A stretch of 64,000 nucleotides of DNA, from positions 36,952,001 through 37,016,000 of the forward strand of contig NC_042997.1 in assembly GCF_006345805.1 (NCBI RefSeq), read 5' to 3'. Shown in pieces: positions 51,691 to 64,000 of the stretch. The position numbers and the translations under genes are program-made. The notes under the pieces are model-generated. The model ran no database searches, had not been told where the DNA came from, and saw only the letters and a program-made list of their open reading frames with translations. Numbering within the stretch: the first letter of the stretch is position 1; every line of letters starts with the position of its first letter. The DNA comes from Octopus sinensis. Its lineage: Eukaryota.

Positions 51691-52327
51691 ACTAGTATGC
51701 CGGCTTCTGTTTTATAAATTTATTTGACAAAACACATCTGATATATAATCATCATTCACAACAAAATTGCATACTTCTATCAATTGTTATTTCAATTGAT
51801 TTATTTTATCGGTCTTAATATTACAAATTATATTTCCATGTTATGTTGATATAATATTCATTATGTTTCCTCCATTCCGACTTTACCTTGTATTCATGCA
51901 TTTTCAGCATTTTACCAATAATCAATTTAACAAATTTCAACTGTTATTGAAACTCATTTAACGTTTAATGGAACTGATTATAAAAAGAAAACATTTAAAT
52001 AGAATAAAGGAACTATAATTGGAAATAAATATGATCAACATTACGAATTATATTCCACATTAAAAATGGATTATAAACAGTATATTATATGAGCACACGT
52101 GCACACAAGGACATGCAAGCGCTAAAGTACACACACATTCACTCACATAAGAATGAAATATATATATATATATATATATACCTGCATATATACACACAGC
52201 ATAAAAAACACTAACTTGACAACCCTACTTGTGTCCCTCTTCCTTACAGTATTACATCTCTCATTCTTCCCCTTACTAAATATATGCATGTACATATACA
52301 TACATACATACATACATGCATACATAC

Positions 52328-52427
<100 letters not shown>

Positions 52428-53499
52428 TATGTATGTATGGATATGTATGTATGTATGTATATGTACATGCATATATTTAGTAAGGGGAAGAATGAGAGAT
52501 GTGATACCGTAAGGAAGTGTAGTGGGTGGAATAAGAGGGACGCAAGTATGGTTGCCAATTTAGTTTTTTTTTATGCTAGATCTAGCATTATTTTTAGCAT
52601 TTATTAGAAAAGTTTTGAATCTAGCACTTACCAAGGAAAATAGCAGGTTTAAAATATTATTTAGCATGTTTTAATCATTTTTCTCTGATTATAACATTTC
52701 CACAGTTGTCACACTCTTTTCTTTTTTCCCTCCTTTTCTACTTCCGTTAATTTGTCTTATAGCCAAATTTTAGTACTATCGGCTATTGTTGAATTTTACT
52801 TTCACTTTCTTGAAACTTCAAATGAAAGTATATCAAAAGGAAGTTCATCAAGTTGTGAACTTTTCCACCACCCACCACCGGGTTGGATACAGAGCGGTGC
52901 TGAAGGGGGATAGGGAGCATATAACTCATATCAGCATCTGAATTGACTACACAATAATTTAAATACGTTGCAAAGAATGAAAGCATGGAAATTCGTCCTA
53001 ACAATGCTTTACTCTGTTGTTGTGAGTTATTATCATGACAGGTTGACTGATGTACATTCCGTTTGACAGTTTTAAAATAGGCCTGGTTTTTCATTCTTGT
53101 TTTAGATTATATGTCTTGTATAGGGTGATGAGGTCTACCTCGTTATATTTCTAGTTACTCTTTTGCTCAATTATCGTTGTCGTATTTGTGCTTTTTTACA
53201 ATAGATTATTTAATATAAGAATGGAAGCGAAATATGATGTTCCCAGGTTTGTATCAGAACTCACTTTCAGGATTTCTGCAGATTTTACATTTCCATGTGT
53301 AAGTTGGCCACTCTGCAACCTGAATCATTATTCTTCATCTCAAGAATTTGTAAGCAGTAAACATAAGAACTGTTATGGAAGAGTGAAAGAATTGTTAGCG
53401 GCAAACTAAGTTGTATTTTCAATTTTATATTTTTATCAATCGTTCAATTTAATTTCTTGCTTCCCAGTACATTATACTGAGCAAGGAAAAAAATAAAGT

Positions 53500-55774
53500 T
53501 ATACCAGCAAAAATTCCGAAAGGAATGGCTTATGATGCCAGCGTTTAATAAGTGGTTGTGTGAAGTACCTAGTGACCAATCTAAAGCACATTTCAGATAC
53601 TGCAGACGTAATATGTTGGCAAGATATTCTCTTTTAGTAAGCCACTGTGAAGCAAAGAAACATAAGGCATCAACTCTACAGCGAATGATTCCTCTTACCA
53701 ATTTTATTAAAAACAAAAATGATAAGACGTCTATGCCTGAAGTAAATTTACCAATGTTTATTTGTTGCCACACGTCATTTAATAGCTGTGATCATTTAAT
53801 AGAGTTATGTAAGAATTATACATCTGATAGTGATAGTATATCCAAAGTGAAGTTGCATCGTGCAAAATGTGCAAATAATGTGAGAAATGTTCTAGCTCCA
53901 TATTTCGATGAAAGTTTTATTTCTGATATAGGAAATAGAACATTTAGCTTGTTATTAGATAAATCCAATGATATATTGATAAACAAGTTGTTAAGAATTG
54001 TTATCATATATTATAGTAACACTCACACAAAAGTGGTACATACATATCTCAGTATGGTATCTTTACAAACACGTGATGCAGATGCCATTGTCGATGCCTT
54101 AAAATGAAGTTAGTGAAAGAGAAATTAGCTATAAAAAATTTAAAGGCTATAGGAACCGACAATGCTAGAGTAATGATAGGGATCAACAATGATATTTTCC
54201 AAGAATTAAAAGAAGGTCCATCATTATTTCTTTCTAGATGTGTATGTCATTGTTTACCGTTGGCCGTATCCCACACCTGTGCCCATAAATTTAGAATTTT
54301 TCGTATCCGAAACCTATAAATGGTCCTCTTATAGGCGCAGGAGTGGCTGTGTGGTAAGTAGCGTGCTAACCAACCACATAGTTCCGGGTCCAGTCCCATT
54401 GTGTGACATCTTGGGCAAGTGTCTTCTGCTATAGCCCCGGGCCGACCAATGCCTTGTGAGTGGATTTGGTAGACGGAAACTGAAAGAAGCCCGTCGTATA
54501 TATGTATATATATATATGTGTATGTGTGTTTGTGTATCTAGCATTGCTTGACAACCGATGCTGGTGTGTTTACGTCCCCGTCACTTAGCGGTTCGGCAAA
54601 AAGACCGATATAATAAATAATGTACTTACAAAGAATAAGTCCCGGGGTCGATTTGCTCGACTAAAGGCGGTGCTCCAGCATGGCGGCAGTCAAATGACTG
54701 AAACAAGCTGCTTCTATTGAAAAGAGAGTAAAGAGCAATTCTCCAACAAGACAATGTGCCTACAAACAACTTTACCTTGCTATCAATGTTAAAGAGCCTT
54801 TGAAGATCATGAATTATTGAACAAGTAGATGACTGTCAATAGAACCATCGGTAAATAGAATGTTAAGCCAATGGTTTGAATTGCAAACTCACTTCCAAAT
54901 TACAACTACAAAAGTAAAATGCTTTACAACACAAACGTTACATGAAATGTTTCTTTTTGCATCCAAATTTTTTAACATGTGAATAAATTGTATGAATCAA
55001 ACACTGTCGACGAAACAAAATTACTTGAAGATCTTTCAGATTTGATCAAATCTGTTGTTAATATGATAGTATTGCCAACATGTATACCTGATCTTCTTGA
55101 TCCGGATGCTTCTATTCAAAACTTTCTGGATCCTAAACCAAATTTATTCTACATGTTCAAGAGAAAGATAGCAAGAAATAGTTGTCAAGTAGACTGTAAC
55201 AACCACCGAAGGAACTAATATTCGTAAATGAGCACAACAGTTTTTACTCTGCCTTTATAAAGAGCTCAAGCACTGTTTGCCAGGAAATGGTAATACTCAG
55301 GAATATCAAATGTTTTTCAGTAGAGAATATTTTGCAGCATTTCAAAGAGCCAATTTTGCCTGTCTTAGAATCAATGCATTTAAATGAAGAAAAAAATTGA
55401 TCCAATTGAAATTCCTCTAGGCATTATTGCTGGAAGTATTGGAATGTAAAAATACTACTGGAGGAAATCCTTTTAGAGATGTTGCAAATCTATTGACATT
55501 GCCAAACTCACATGCAGAAGTAGAACGGTTGTTGAGTAGTATGGTTGTAATCAAATCAAAATTGAAAACCAAAATAAATCTTACTATGCTTAGAAAAATA
55601 ATGTCTACAAAATATGGTCTGAAAAGATATGGGAAACGTTGCAAAAATTTCGATCTTCTAAAGCACATAATTAACAAGATTGGGACCTTGAACGTATACA
55701 GAAGTCAAAACCTAAGCATCGCAGGTGAAAGTGACCAAATCAGTGAAGTTGAAGAAATCATTTCTCAATGCTGA
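53500..55774 (+). pseudogene. hAT transposase remnant
   Basis: Zinc finger-like KWLCEV..D.SKAH..YC....LVSHCEAKKH, FSLLLDKSND, IGTDNARVM.G, RCVCHCLPLA and the dimerisation domain LPNSHAEVERLLSSM..IKSK; many frameshifts. Confidence 0.88.
54334..54707 (+). mobile_element. OK-type tRNA-derived SINE inserted in the hAT transposase
   Basis: GGCGCAGGAGTGGCTGTGTGGTAAG head, cttgggcaagtgtctt central motif, internal (TA/TG)n, tail ggcggtgctccagcatggcggcagtcaaatgactgaaaca. Confidence 0.92.
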
Positions 55775-56312
55775 ATATAATTAAAGAAGTTAAACAAAAA
55801 TGTAAATAAAATTTAAGCTGTTTGATATAATTATCATTTGTAATTTTTTTTATCATATTAAGCAGTTTTTGGTATTTTTTGGTATTTTCTCTTCTAAAAT
55901 TTAGCATAAAATTCTGAATTTAGGTTGGCAACAGTGGAAGCAAAATAAAACTGGAGTAGAATTCTGAAGGGAATAAAATGGAAATGATTTGTTCTTGTAA
56001 TAAATAATACAGCAAATACACATCCTTCCATCATCACATACATACATGCATATATATATATATATACATACATGCATCCATACATACATACTTACATGCA
56101 TAAATATATACATGCATACATACATGCACACTTAAACACGTACATACATACATGTACATAGACACACACACACATGTTATATGAAATCTTTATGACGATA
56201 TATCAAATATCTTTCTAATGTGTACGGACCTACTTTTGAAAATTCATGAACATACTACCTATGTTTTTCCAGTACATGTATTTTTAAGTTTGTATTTGTA
56301 TAATTATTGATA

Positions 56313-56339
56313 CTAGTGGGAACCCGTGAATATTTCACG
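56313..56339 (-). mobile_element. Helitron-like 3' terminus
   Basis: Minus strand CGTGAA-ATA-TTCACG hairpin, 8 nt, CTAG, then T, the canonical Helitron 3' signature; the 5' end was not located. Confidence 0.55.
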
Positions 56340-57073
56340 AATTAATAGTTAACCTATCGGGTTATTTCTGATAACTTTATTCAAAATACTGATGGCATAG
56401 ACTGTGTTGTGTCTGTATCGAAAGATAACCGCTCATCTATTACTTACTAAAAAGTGAAAGAAATTGGAATACAATGGTTACTTAAAGCATTTTATATATA
56501 CCCTTTACATATTTTTATGTACAATTTTAGAGATTTAATACACAGCACTAATAAAATAAATATTCATTCTTAAGTTTCCGTTTTTTGCCATAAACAAAAA
56601 CAAATGTGCAGTACATAACGATGCAACCTTTAGTTAAATTGCATATAGCTGCCACGTAAATAGGCGTGAATATTTAACGGCATTTCACATATGCGCATGC
56701 GTTAAGTGATAGGTGGTACAAATAAAAACAGATCAATTTGTAAAAGATACGAGTTTCACCATCGAATAATAAACACCACCACCTATCACTACCACAACAG
56801 CACGACCAGCACCAACACCACCACTACTACCACTACCGTCATCTGTCTCCCCCTCTTTCCCCCTCTCCTCTCTCTGACATCACACTCATTTTCTCACCCC
56901 TCTCTCTCTCTCTCTTCTCTCACACTCTCCTCTCTCACTCTCTCCCCTCTGTTTCTGAGAGAGAAGGGAAAAAGGAATTAAAGAAAGGATGAGAGAGAAA
57001 ACGATAGGAGAAGAGAATAGTAAAGAGTTCAGTGGCGTCAAAAATATTAAGATAAACACACACACACACACAC

Positions 57074-57119
<46 letters not shown>

Positions 57120-57212
57120 ATATATCCAACAATTGAGGGTAAAATTAATTAATCAATTTCACCAAGTGTTCAGTATGTAAAAGGACCATTTAAGGCGAAT
57201 TCAAAATATTAC

Positions 57213-57460
57213 ATTATATAATTAGGGCTTAGTAAAATAAATTACTTTGCCACATACTGAACTTAGTAGAAATAGCAGCCCAAAAACATTTTTTAGCCAT
57301 TTCTACTACTTAAAGAAAATTTCTCTCAGATAATGTTTACTCCAGACATCTCACGAAGGTTTGGAGGTAAATACAGAAAAATATCACAAGTACATAGATC
57401 TATCATCTAAGTTCAGTATGTGGCAAAGTAATTTATTTTACTAAGCCCTAATTATATAAT
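57213..57460. mobile_element. MITE with perfect 54-bp terminal inverted repeats
   Basis: 57213-57266 is the exact reverse complement of 57407-57460; 140-bp spacer. Confidence 0.85.
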
Positions 57461-57542
57461 ATAAATATATATATATATATATATATACATATATAATATA
57501 TATATATATATATACATATATATATGTATATATATATATATA

Positions 57543-57598
<56 letters not shown>

Positions 57599-57849
57599 GT
57601 ATATATATATGTATATATGTATGTATATATATATATATATGCAGGACATCGCAGACTGTAAACAATATGAAATACGGAAACAGATGAGTTGTATACTCAA
57701 ACAATTTGAGAAACAAATGTATATATATAAATATATATATATATATAATTAATCAATATAGGGTGCCAAAAAAAATTTTGTAGAATTTTTTTGCCACCAG
57801 CGGCCTAGTGGGAAAAAATTAAATAGTCATAGACCATTTTTAAGTTCAA

Positions 57850-57934
57850 CATCAACAATCAAGGAACGGCCATAATAGGCCATTCACCCACTAGTGGGTG
57901 AATGGCCTATTATGGCCGTTCCTTGATTGTTGAT

Positions 57935-57935
<1 letters not shown>
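57850..57935. repeat. Perfect 86-bp palindrome with no spacer
   Basis: CATCAACAATCAAGGAACGGCCATAATAGGCCATTCACCCACT followed directly by its exact reverse complement; centre CACTAGTG. Confidence 0.97.
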
Positions 57936-58003
<68 letters not shown>

Positions 58004-58293
58004 GTATATATATATAGTATATATATATATATATATCTATATATATATATATATACATACATATACATAAATACATATATATACATATATATATGTACAT
58101 ATATATATATGCATGCATATATACATACATATATATATACATATATATATATATATGCATATATATATATGTATATATATGTATATATATATAGGTATAT
58201 ATATATATATATATAATATATGTATATATATATGTACATATACATGTATAATATATACATATTTATTGTACATATATATCTATTTATATATGC

Positions 58294-58335
<42 letters not shown>

Positions 58336-58371
58336 TATATATTATTTGATTGAATGCGACGCCTCCATTTC

Positions 58372-58997
58372 CAAATAAGTTTAATATTTTTGATGCGACT
58401 CTCCTCTGTACTGTTCTCTTCACCTATCGTTATTTCTCTCAAATAATCATTAATACTTTTCTCCCCCTCAGCTTTTTGCACCTGTCTCTCTCCCTCTTCC
58501 TCTTTCTCCTTTAATCTCGCAACTTGCTCACACGTGACCATCGTCCGTCTTTCTTTTCCTCACGTGATCATCTTCCTTTTCCTTCTGGGCTATCGTAAAT
58601 ACTGCACGTATTCTATCTGCATCTTTCTTCTATCTTTTCTCTTGTCAAAGAAAATATTTCTCCAGCGTTCTCTATTTTAAGCTTTGTCTCGTCTAACGAC
58701 CTCCATGTCTGTTTTCGTTGTTTTTTCGTATGTTTCCACTGTCCTGGTTTGTTACCAATTTTGACACTCCATAAATACCATATTTTATTTTGGTTTTGTG
58801 GGAGCAACTGCCTTCCAGATTTCATATTGTCTTTCAGCGCTCAAAATGAGGAGTAGATGGACATCCAACAACTGAAGGAGGGACATTCTTTACCTTACTT
58901 GCCCTGTTTTCCATTTGTTTCTCACATTGTTTGAGTATACAACTCATCTGTTTTCGTATTTCATATTGTTTACAGTCTGCGATGTCCTGCATATATA

Positions 58998-59049
<52 letters not shown>

Positions 59050-59079
59050 TTACACACACACACACATATATATATATAT

Positions 59080-59111
<32 letters not shown>

Positions 59112-60910
59112 AAACGCTAAGCATCCGTTCCCAATAAGTTTATCTTAATATTTTTGATGCGACTCTATTCGATACTGTTCTCTTCCCCTATCGTGTTTTC
59201 CATCTTCCTTTTTTTCTTTTTCTAATTCTTTTTCCCCTTCACCACTTTCTATTTGTCTCTCTCTTCCTCCCTTTCCCTGTTACTGCTTTACACTCTCTGG
59301 TTACTCACACTTGACCATCTCCCACCTTCCTTTCCCTCGCTTCATCATATTTCTCTTCCTTGAGGGCTCTCGAAAAGACTGCACATATATTATCTATATT
59401 CTGCTTTTATCTTTTTCTGTTCAAAGAAAATATTTCTCCACCGTTTCCTATTTTACTTTCGTCTGCTCTACGAGACTCCATGATTCTTTTCGTTTAGTGT
59501 ATTTGCATGTCTCCACTGTCCTATTTTTATTACCAACTTTGAGCATCCATAAATCCTAAATATAATTTTACTTTTGTGGTAACACAAACAGGACAGTGAA
59601 AACAAACAGGAAGGGTTGCTAAGCCTAAACGAGGTTGTGGTGACGAATGTGTGAATGAAGCTTGGGCAGGAGACAGACAAGAATGCGTCTTTCTCGTTTC
59701 AGCTACAACAAAAAAAAAGGAAGAAACACATGTTAGGAGAAGAAAGATATATGACCGATAGTCACGTGGGAGCCACGTGAGCAAGAGAGAAGGAGTGAGC
59801 ATGAGAGAGTGACAAAGTAATTGGACAGTATATTAGGAGGTGAGAAGGTAAAAGATTAAGAACGAGAAAGATAGAAAAAAGTAAGTGTAAAAAGATTGTA
59901 TAGAATGCGCATCAGAATTATTCAGATAAAAGTTACTTGGGAGAGGATGCATGGCGTTCAATCATATAGTAATATGAATAATATGTATATATATGCATAT
60001 ATACATACGTATATATGTATATAAGAGACCAACGTGTATGTACCCCGCTATATTACATATATAAATATACAAAAATTGGACGAGTGCGCAAAAAATCCAG
60101 ACGGATTATACAAAAAAGGGACAACAAAACACCCAGAAAGACGATACAAAGGGCGGGACATTCAGAGTTTTCAATCCTTATTTGATTTCCAGATTATCTT
60201 TCCAATTTCGGTTGGGTATACTCGGGATTGCTCCAATCTGACAAGCCTCAAGGAAAATCTTAACTAAGAGCTTTAGATTCCTTGGAAGAAACCAGCTAAT
60301 GTGTACGAAAACAAGGACGCAAAAAACAGTAAAAATGTTACACAAAGACAAATGCAATTATCAGGACATAACAACAAGTGTCTTTCGACTAAGGAATTTA
60401 ACTGGCGTGTGTGGAAGTAAAGCCTTACAGCAGGGACATAGGATTCAACAGGCGCAGAAAGTAATATAGATGTTGCACGGATGGAAGTCGAACCAAGAAA
60501 GAAAGATCAGGCCTGGTAGAACACCGGTCACGTGGGAATAGAAGAGAGACATAGAGGCAGAGGGATAGAAGAATTAAGGAGGGACGAGAAAAACTGAGAG
60601 ACACAGTGAAGTGAAAGAGGAGGTAATGTGAGCATATGGACACAGGACGTCAGGAAACGTGTACAACAAAAAATACGAAGAACGAGTACATGGAATATGA
60701 AATATTCTTTTGAACAACAGAAGACACAAATGGAAAACAATACAGACAACATAAAAACGGACCTTCATCATTTGTTGCATGTTTTCTGCTCTCCTATTTC
60801 GAGCATCTAACAACAATATACACTTCCGATAAAACAGTTGCATCCGCAAAGCAAATTCAATAAAATTTGGTATTTTGAGGAGGGTCAAAATTGGTAATAC
60901 AAATAGGACG
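58372..60910. repeat. Cluster of diverged copies of one unclassified CACGTG-containing repeat family in mixed orientation
   Basis: 58372-58800 and 59130-59580 are diverged direct copies (tttgatgcgactct, caaagaaaatatttctcca, ctccactgtcct-type blocks); 57000-57055, 59700-59880 and 60480-60910 are inverted relatives. Confidence 0.7.
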
Positions 60911-61046
60911 TAGTGGTGAACGCGTAAATCAAGCCATATATATATATAGATATATATATATATATATATATATCAATTATAGGATAGAATTTTTCGAAAA
61001 AATGTATCAATGGCCAGCATATTGAAAAATTCCTTTAAAGGTTAAA

Positions 61047-61390
61047 TTTATAAACAACTTATAAACAAGGGCAAAAGAAAAAAATGCCAAATATGCCGGA
61101 ACTAGACACATCGTCTATAACCATATAATTCATCACTATGAGCACGCGTCTCGAAAAAGTCGACACATTTCTAAAAATTCCGCTATTATCATATCGGACC
61201 CTATTTCAGAGTTAATTCATAAGAACCTCCTCTTCGTCAGTGATAAATGCGGCAAACAAATAAATGAAATACCTACTTATACCCATGGATGGGTATAGTG
61301 ATGAATTATATGGTTATGGACGATGTATCTAGTGTCGGCATATTTGGCATTAGAATTTTTTTTTTGCCCTTGTTTATAAGTTGTATAAAT
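61047..61390. repeat. Inverted repeat with ~93-bp arms and ~155-bp spacer
   Basis: 61047-61139 versus 61295-61390 (caacttataaacaagggcaaaa...atgccaaatatgccg..actaga.acatcgtc.ataaccatataattcatcactat). Confidence 0.85.
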
Positions 61391-62689
61391 ATATATATCT
61401 TTATATATATCTTTCCAATTGCGGTTGGTTATACTCACTCGAGATTGCTCCAATCTGGCAAGCCTCAAGGAAAAACTTAACTAAGAGCATTAGATTCCTT
61501 GGAAGAAACCAGCGAATGTGTACGAAAACAAGGACGCAAAAAACCTATATATATATATTATGTGTATATATATATATATGTGTGTGTACGTGTGGGTGGG
61601 TGGGTGTGTGTGTGTGTGTGAGTATATGTGTGTATATTTGTGGCTGCACACATACTAAACATATACATATATTGTGTTATATCTCTCCATTCATTAGAGT
61701 TCACTTTTGCATTGTTTAAACTACTACATGTAGTATTTGAAATAATCGTTCTCCGCGGATCGTTTAATAGCCTATTACGTTCGAAGGCTATTTATGATGA
61801 GATTGTGTATGATATAAAATTGATATCTTGTATTTGTTATATTCATTGACTAATCATTAAAATAGTCCCGATTGATGGATGCTTTCCAAGACTTCGTTAA
61901 TTGATTCAATATATGTTTCGCTTCTGTAGTGTATCTTGTGCGTAGATCGATGCATGGGCACTGATGCGTAATACTATTAATTGAATAATATTTTTTTCTA
62001 ATGAGATTTAGAGAGAAAGAAATTATTAACATTTTCTAAAGTAAGGCATTTTAGTTGTGCATACTGTGAGTTAAACAGTTCCAAATATTTTCTTTTATTA
62101 TAAGCAATCTCCAAATATCACAGGCGTGTCTAGAATGTAACACCCTCTTTATATTAATTTGTTTCCTTGCCTTCCCCGTTTATCTCCAAAAACTCTTCGC
62201 ACGTGTCTATGTTTATTAATATTTAAAGTTATAAGTTTAAGCATTGCTAAATATATGTTCTCATTTAATCTCTTTACACCCTATTTACAATTTCAAATGG
62301 CTGAGTTCATTATTTTCTATTCTTCTTTTACTTTGTGTATACATATATATTGCAATAAATATAGGGTGTTCGTGCTAAATTTGGCAGTTTTCATAAAGGG
62401 AATATCCCATCCAAAAATATGACTATCTAAAATACATTTAGATATATAAACTAGATTATGGCTGGAAGATACACCTTTTACAATGTAAACGCTCTCAACC
62501 TCCACCATGACGTCAAAACTTTTTCTGGAACCTGGCATATAGTCACTATGTGGAGAGTTTCGAACATCTCCTTGAACTTGGCAACCTCGCTCGAATTTTG
62601 CTGTTGCAAGCACACAGCGTTTGTCATCCTTCGCAACTGCGCCCTATTCATTCTGATCTATGGGATTACAATCGAAGCAATTAAGAGCC

Positions 62690-62718
62690 CATAAATAATA
62701 ATGATGATAATAATAATA

Positions 62719-62784
<66 letters not shown>

Positions 62785-62812
62785 TAATAATAATAATAAA
62801 AATAATAATAAC
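62690..62812. repeat. (AAT)n microsatellite
   Basis: Direct inspection. Confidence 0.97.
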
Positions 62813-63005
62813 AACATCGGAAAGGACCTTTGGAATGAGAACCCAGGTTGGAAATCTCCCCCGAGACACTTAATAATGGCTGGAGGGTATATCAGCCGAA
62901 AAGTTGTTTTAACAACAAACAAGATGAGGACAGATATCCGTCAAATGTACATAATGTAAATCATTTATATAATTCCTCATCTCTCAAATATAGGACTGTA
63001 TCAAA
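62800..63005 (+). mobile_element. Penelope-like element 3' UTR fragment (same family as 35810-35945)
   Basis: gaatgagaacccag...gacac...ggct.gag...atcagccgaa...aacaaca...agatgaggaca.atatccgtcaaatgta is shared with 35821-35935. Confidence 0.8.
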
Positions 63006-64000
63006 TGCATTGGTTTACCATAAACATTTTCTTCGCATACCAAATACATAGCACTTTTAATTCCTAGATTAACTGAAAAACATAAGGTAGCATTGATCTG
63101 AAATTATCTTCAAAATTACAGGAACCAAAGCAAAATTGAAATATACTTTTAAAACTGGCAAAGAAAATTATTTTAAATTAATAGAGGGTAGAGACACGCT
63201 ATAGCAATATTATCAGTAATGCATGTTAAATAATCCAGTCTGCAATGGTTTTAGTATTCTTTGATGATGCCGTGATTTCCCGCTGAGTTATCTTTATAAT
63301 TCTTTTTGAGATACAGTGTGTCTGCATGAATTATATACATTTCAATTACTATTTATTTTACTGATTTCTAAAATACCTAGAAAAGATGGCATATTCTACT
63401 ATGAATTCATTTTATTTTTGTTCTTTTATGAATGCAAATATTAAGCTCTGGGAATAACTGCTTTAAATAATGTTTAGCGTTGTATTCTGCAGATGAAAAG
63501 TATGACTATGAATTTCCCGACGATTAGTTTAACATGATAGAATTTCCCGACGATATATTGGTATATGATGTTATTAGCTTGCTTTAAATTTTCCAGCCAA
63601 CGAAATTACAAATGATAGATTTATCACCATATAATTGCTTAAATTTCATGCAACGTTGTCAACTATAATCATTGGTCCTAATTTCTATGCAGTCATGTAT
63701 AAGTTTATATGCAAACATGCTGGCAAAAGTATACGCACACACTCATAGACACGCACGCTGATATCTATGTTATTGTGGGTTTGTGTACATGTGTGTTTGT
63801 GTACATGTGTGTGTTTGTGTGTGTGTGTGTGTGGCTGTCTGTACCCATGTACCTATGTGTATATATCTCTGCTGATATATTGCTTCATATACTTTACCGA
63901 TACTCACTTTCTGAGAAATATCTTCGTCCTATATTATGCAACAAAGTGTTACTCATTAGATATTTGTGTTAACAATAAATTGTCATCACTGACAGTATAT

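Larger units (their letters stand above)
52547..55936 (+). mobile_element. hAT-superfamily DNA transposon, decayed and interrupted by a SINE
   Basis: Ends TATGGTTGCCAA...TTTTATGCTA and reverse complement CACTGTTGCCAA...TTTTATGCTA; flanks GACGCAAG and GAAGCAAA (6/8) fit a decayed 8-bp TSD; transposase remnants inside. Confidence 0.8.

Noticed and set aside
62317-62694. Overlapping 78-98 aa ORFs
   Set aside because: No recognisable domain; possibly a decayed transposon fragment, but not supportable.

Overview
AT-rich, microsatellite-dense, repeat-dominated eukaryotic DNA. The SINE, PLE and LINE families look like Octopus (cephalopod) repeats, which is my inference from recognition, not a database result. 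I cannot support any host protein-coding gene. Most listed ORFs are artefacts of (TA)n, (CA)n, (AAT)n, (AAG)n and (ATAG)n tracts, and the rest are decayed transposon frames. Mobile elements: a full-length but disabled mariner (3400-4670), a CR1/L2-group LINE 3' part, a DD37D/maT remnant, a near-full-length Tx1/L1-clade LINE with a nested mariner MITE, five R4/Dong-like 3' ends mostly beside (AAT)n or (AAG)n, Penelope-like fragments, an IS630/Tc1-like remnant, a hAT element, several tRNA-derived SINEs and several MITE or foldback elements. Strongest observations: (1) a type I hammerhead ribozyme with an intact core at 7448-7513 (-), inside a ~350-nt (TA)n-bounded unit that also carries a perfect 10-nt complement of its cleavage site; (2) a covarying 3' stem-loop shared by the LINE at 5213 and the SINE at 54334; (3) a dense zone of palindromes at 48-61.5 kb, including a perfect spacerless 86-bp palindrome and a foldback that captures a hAT terminus.
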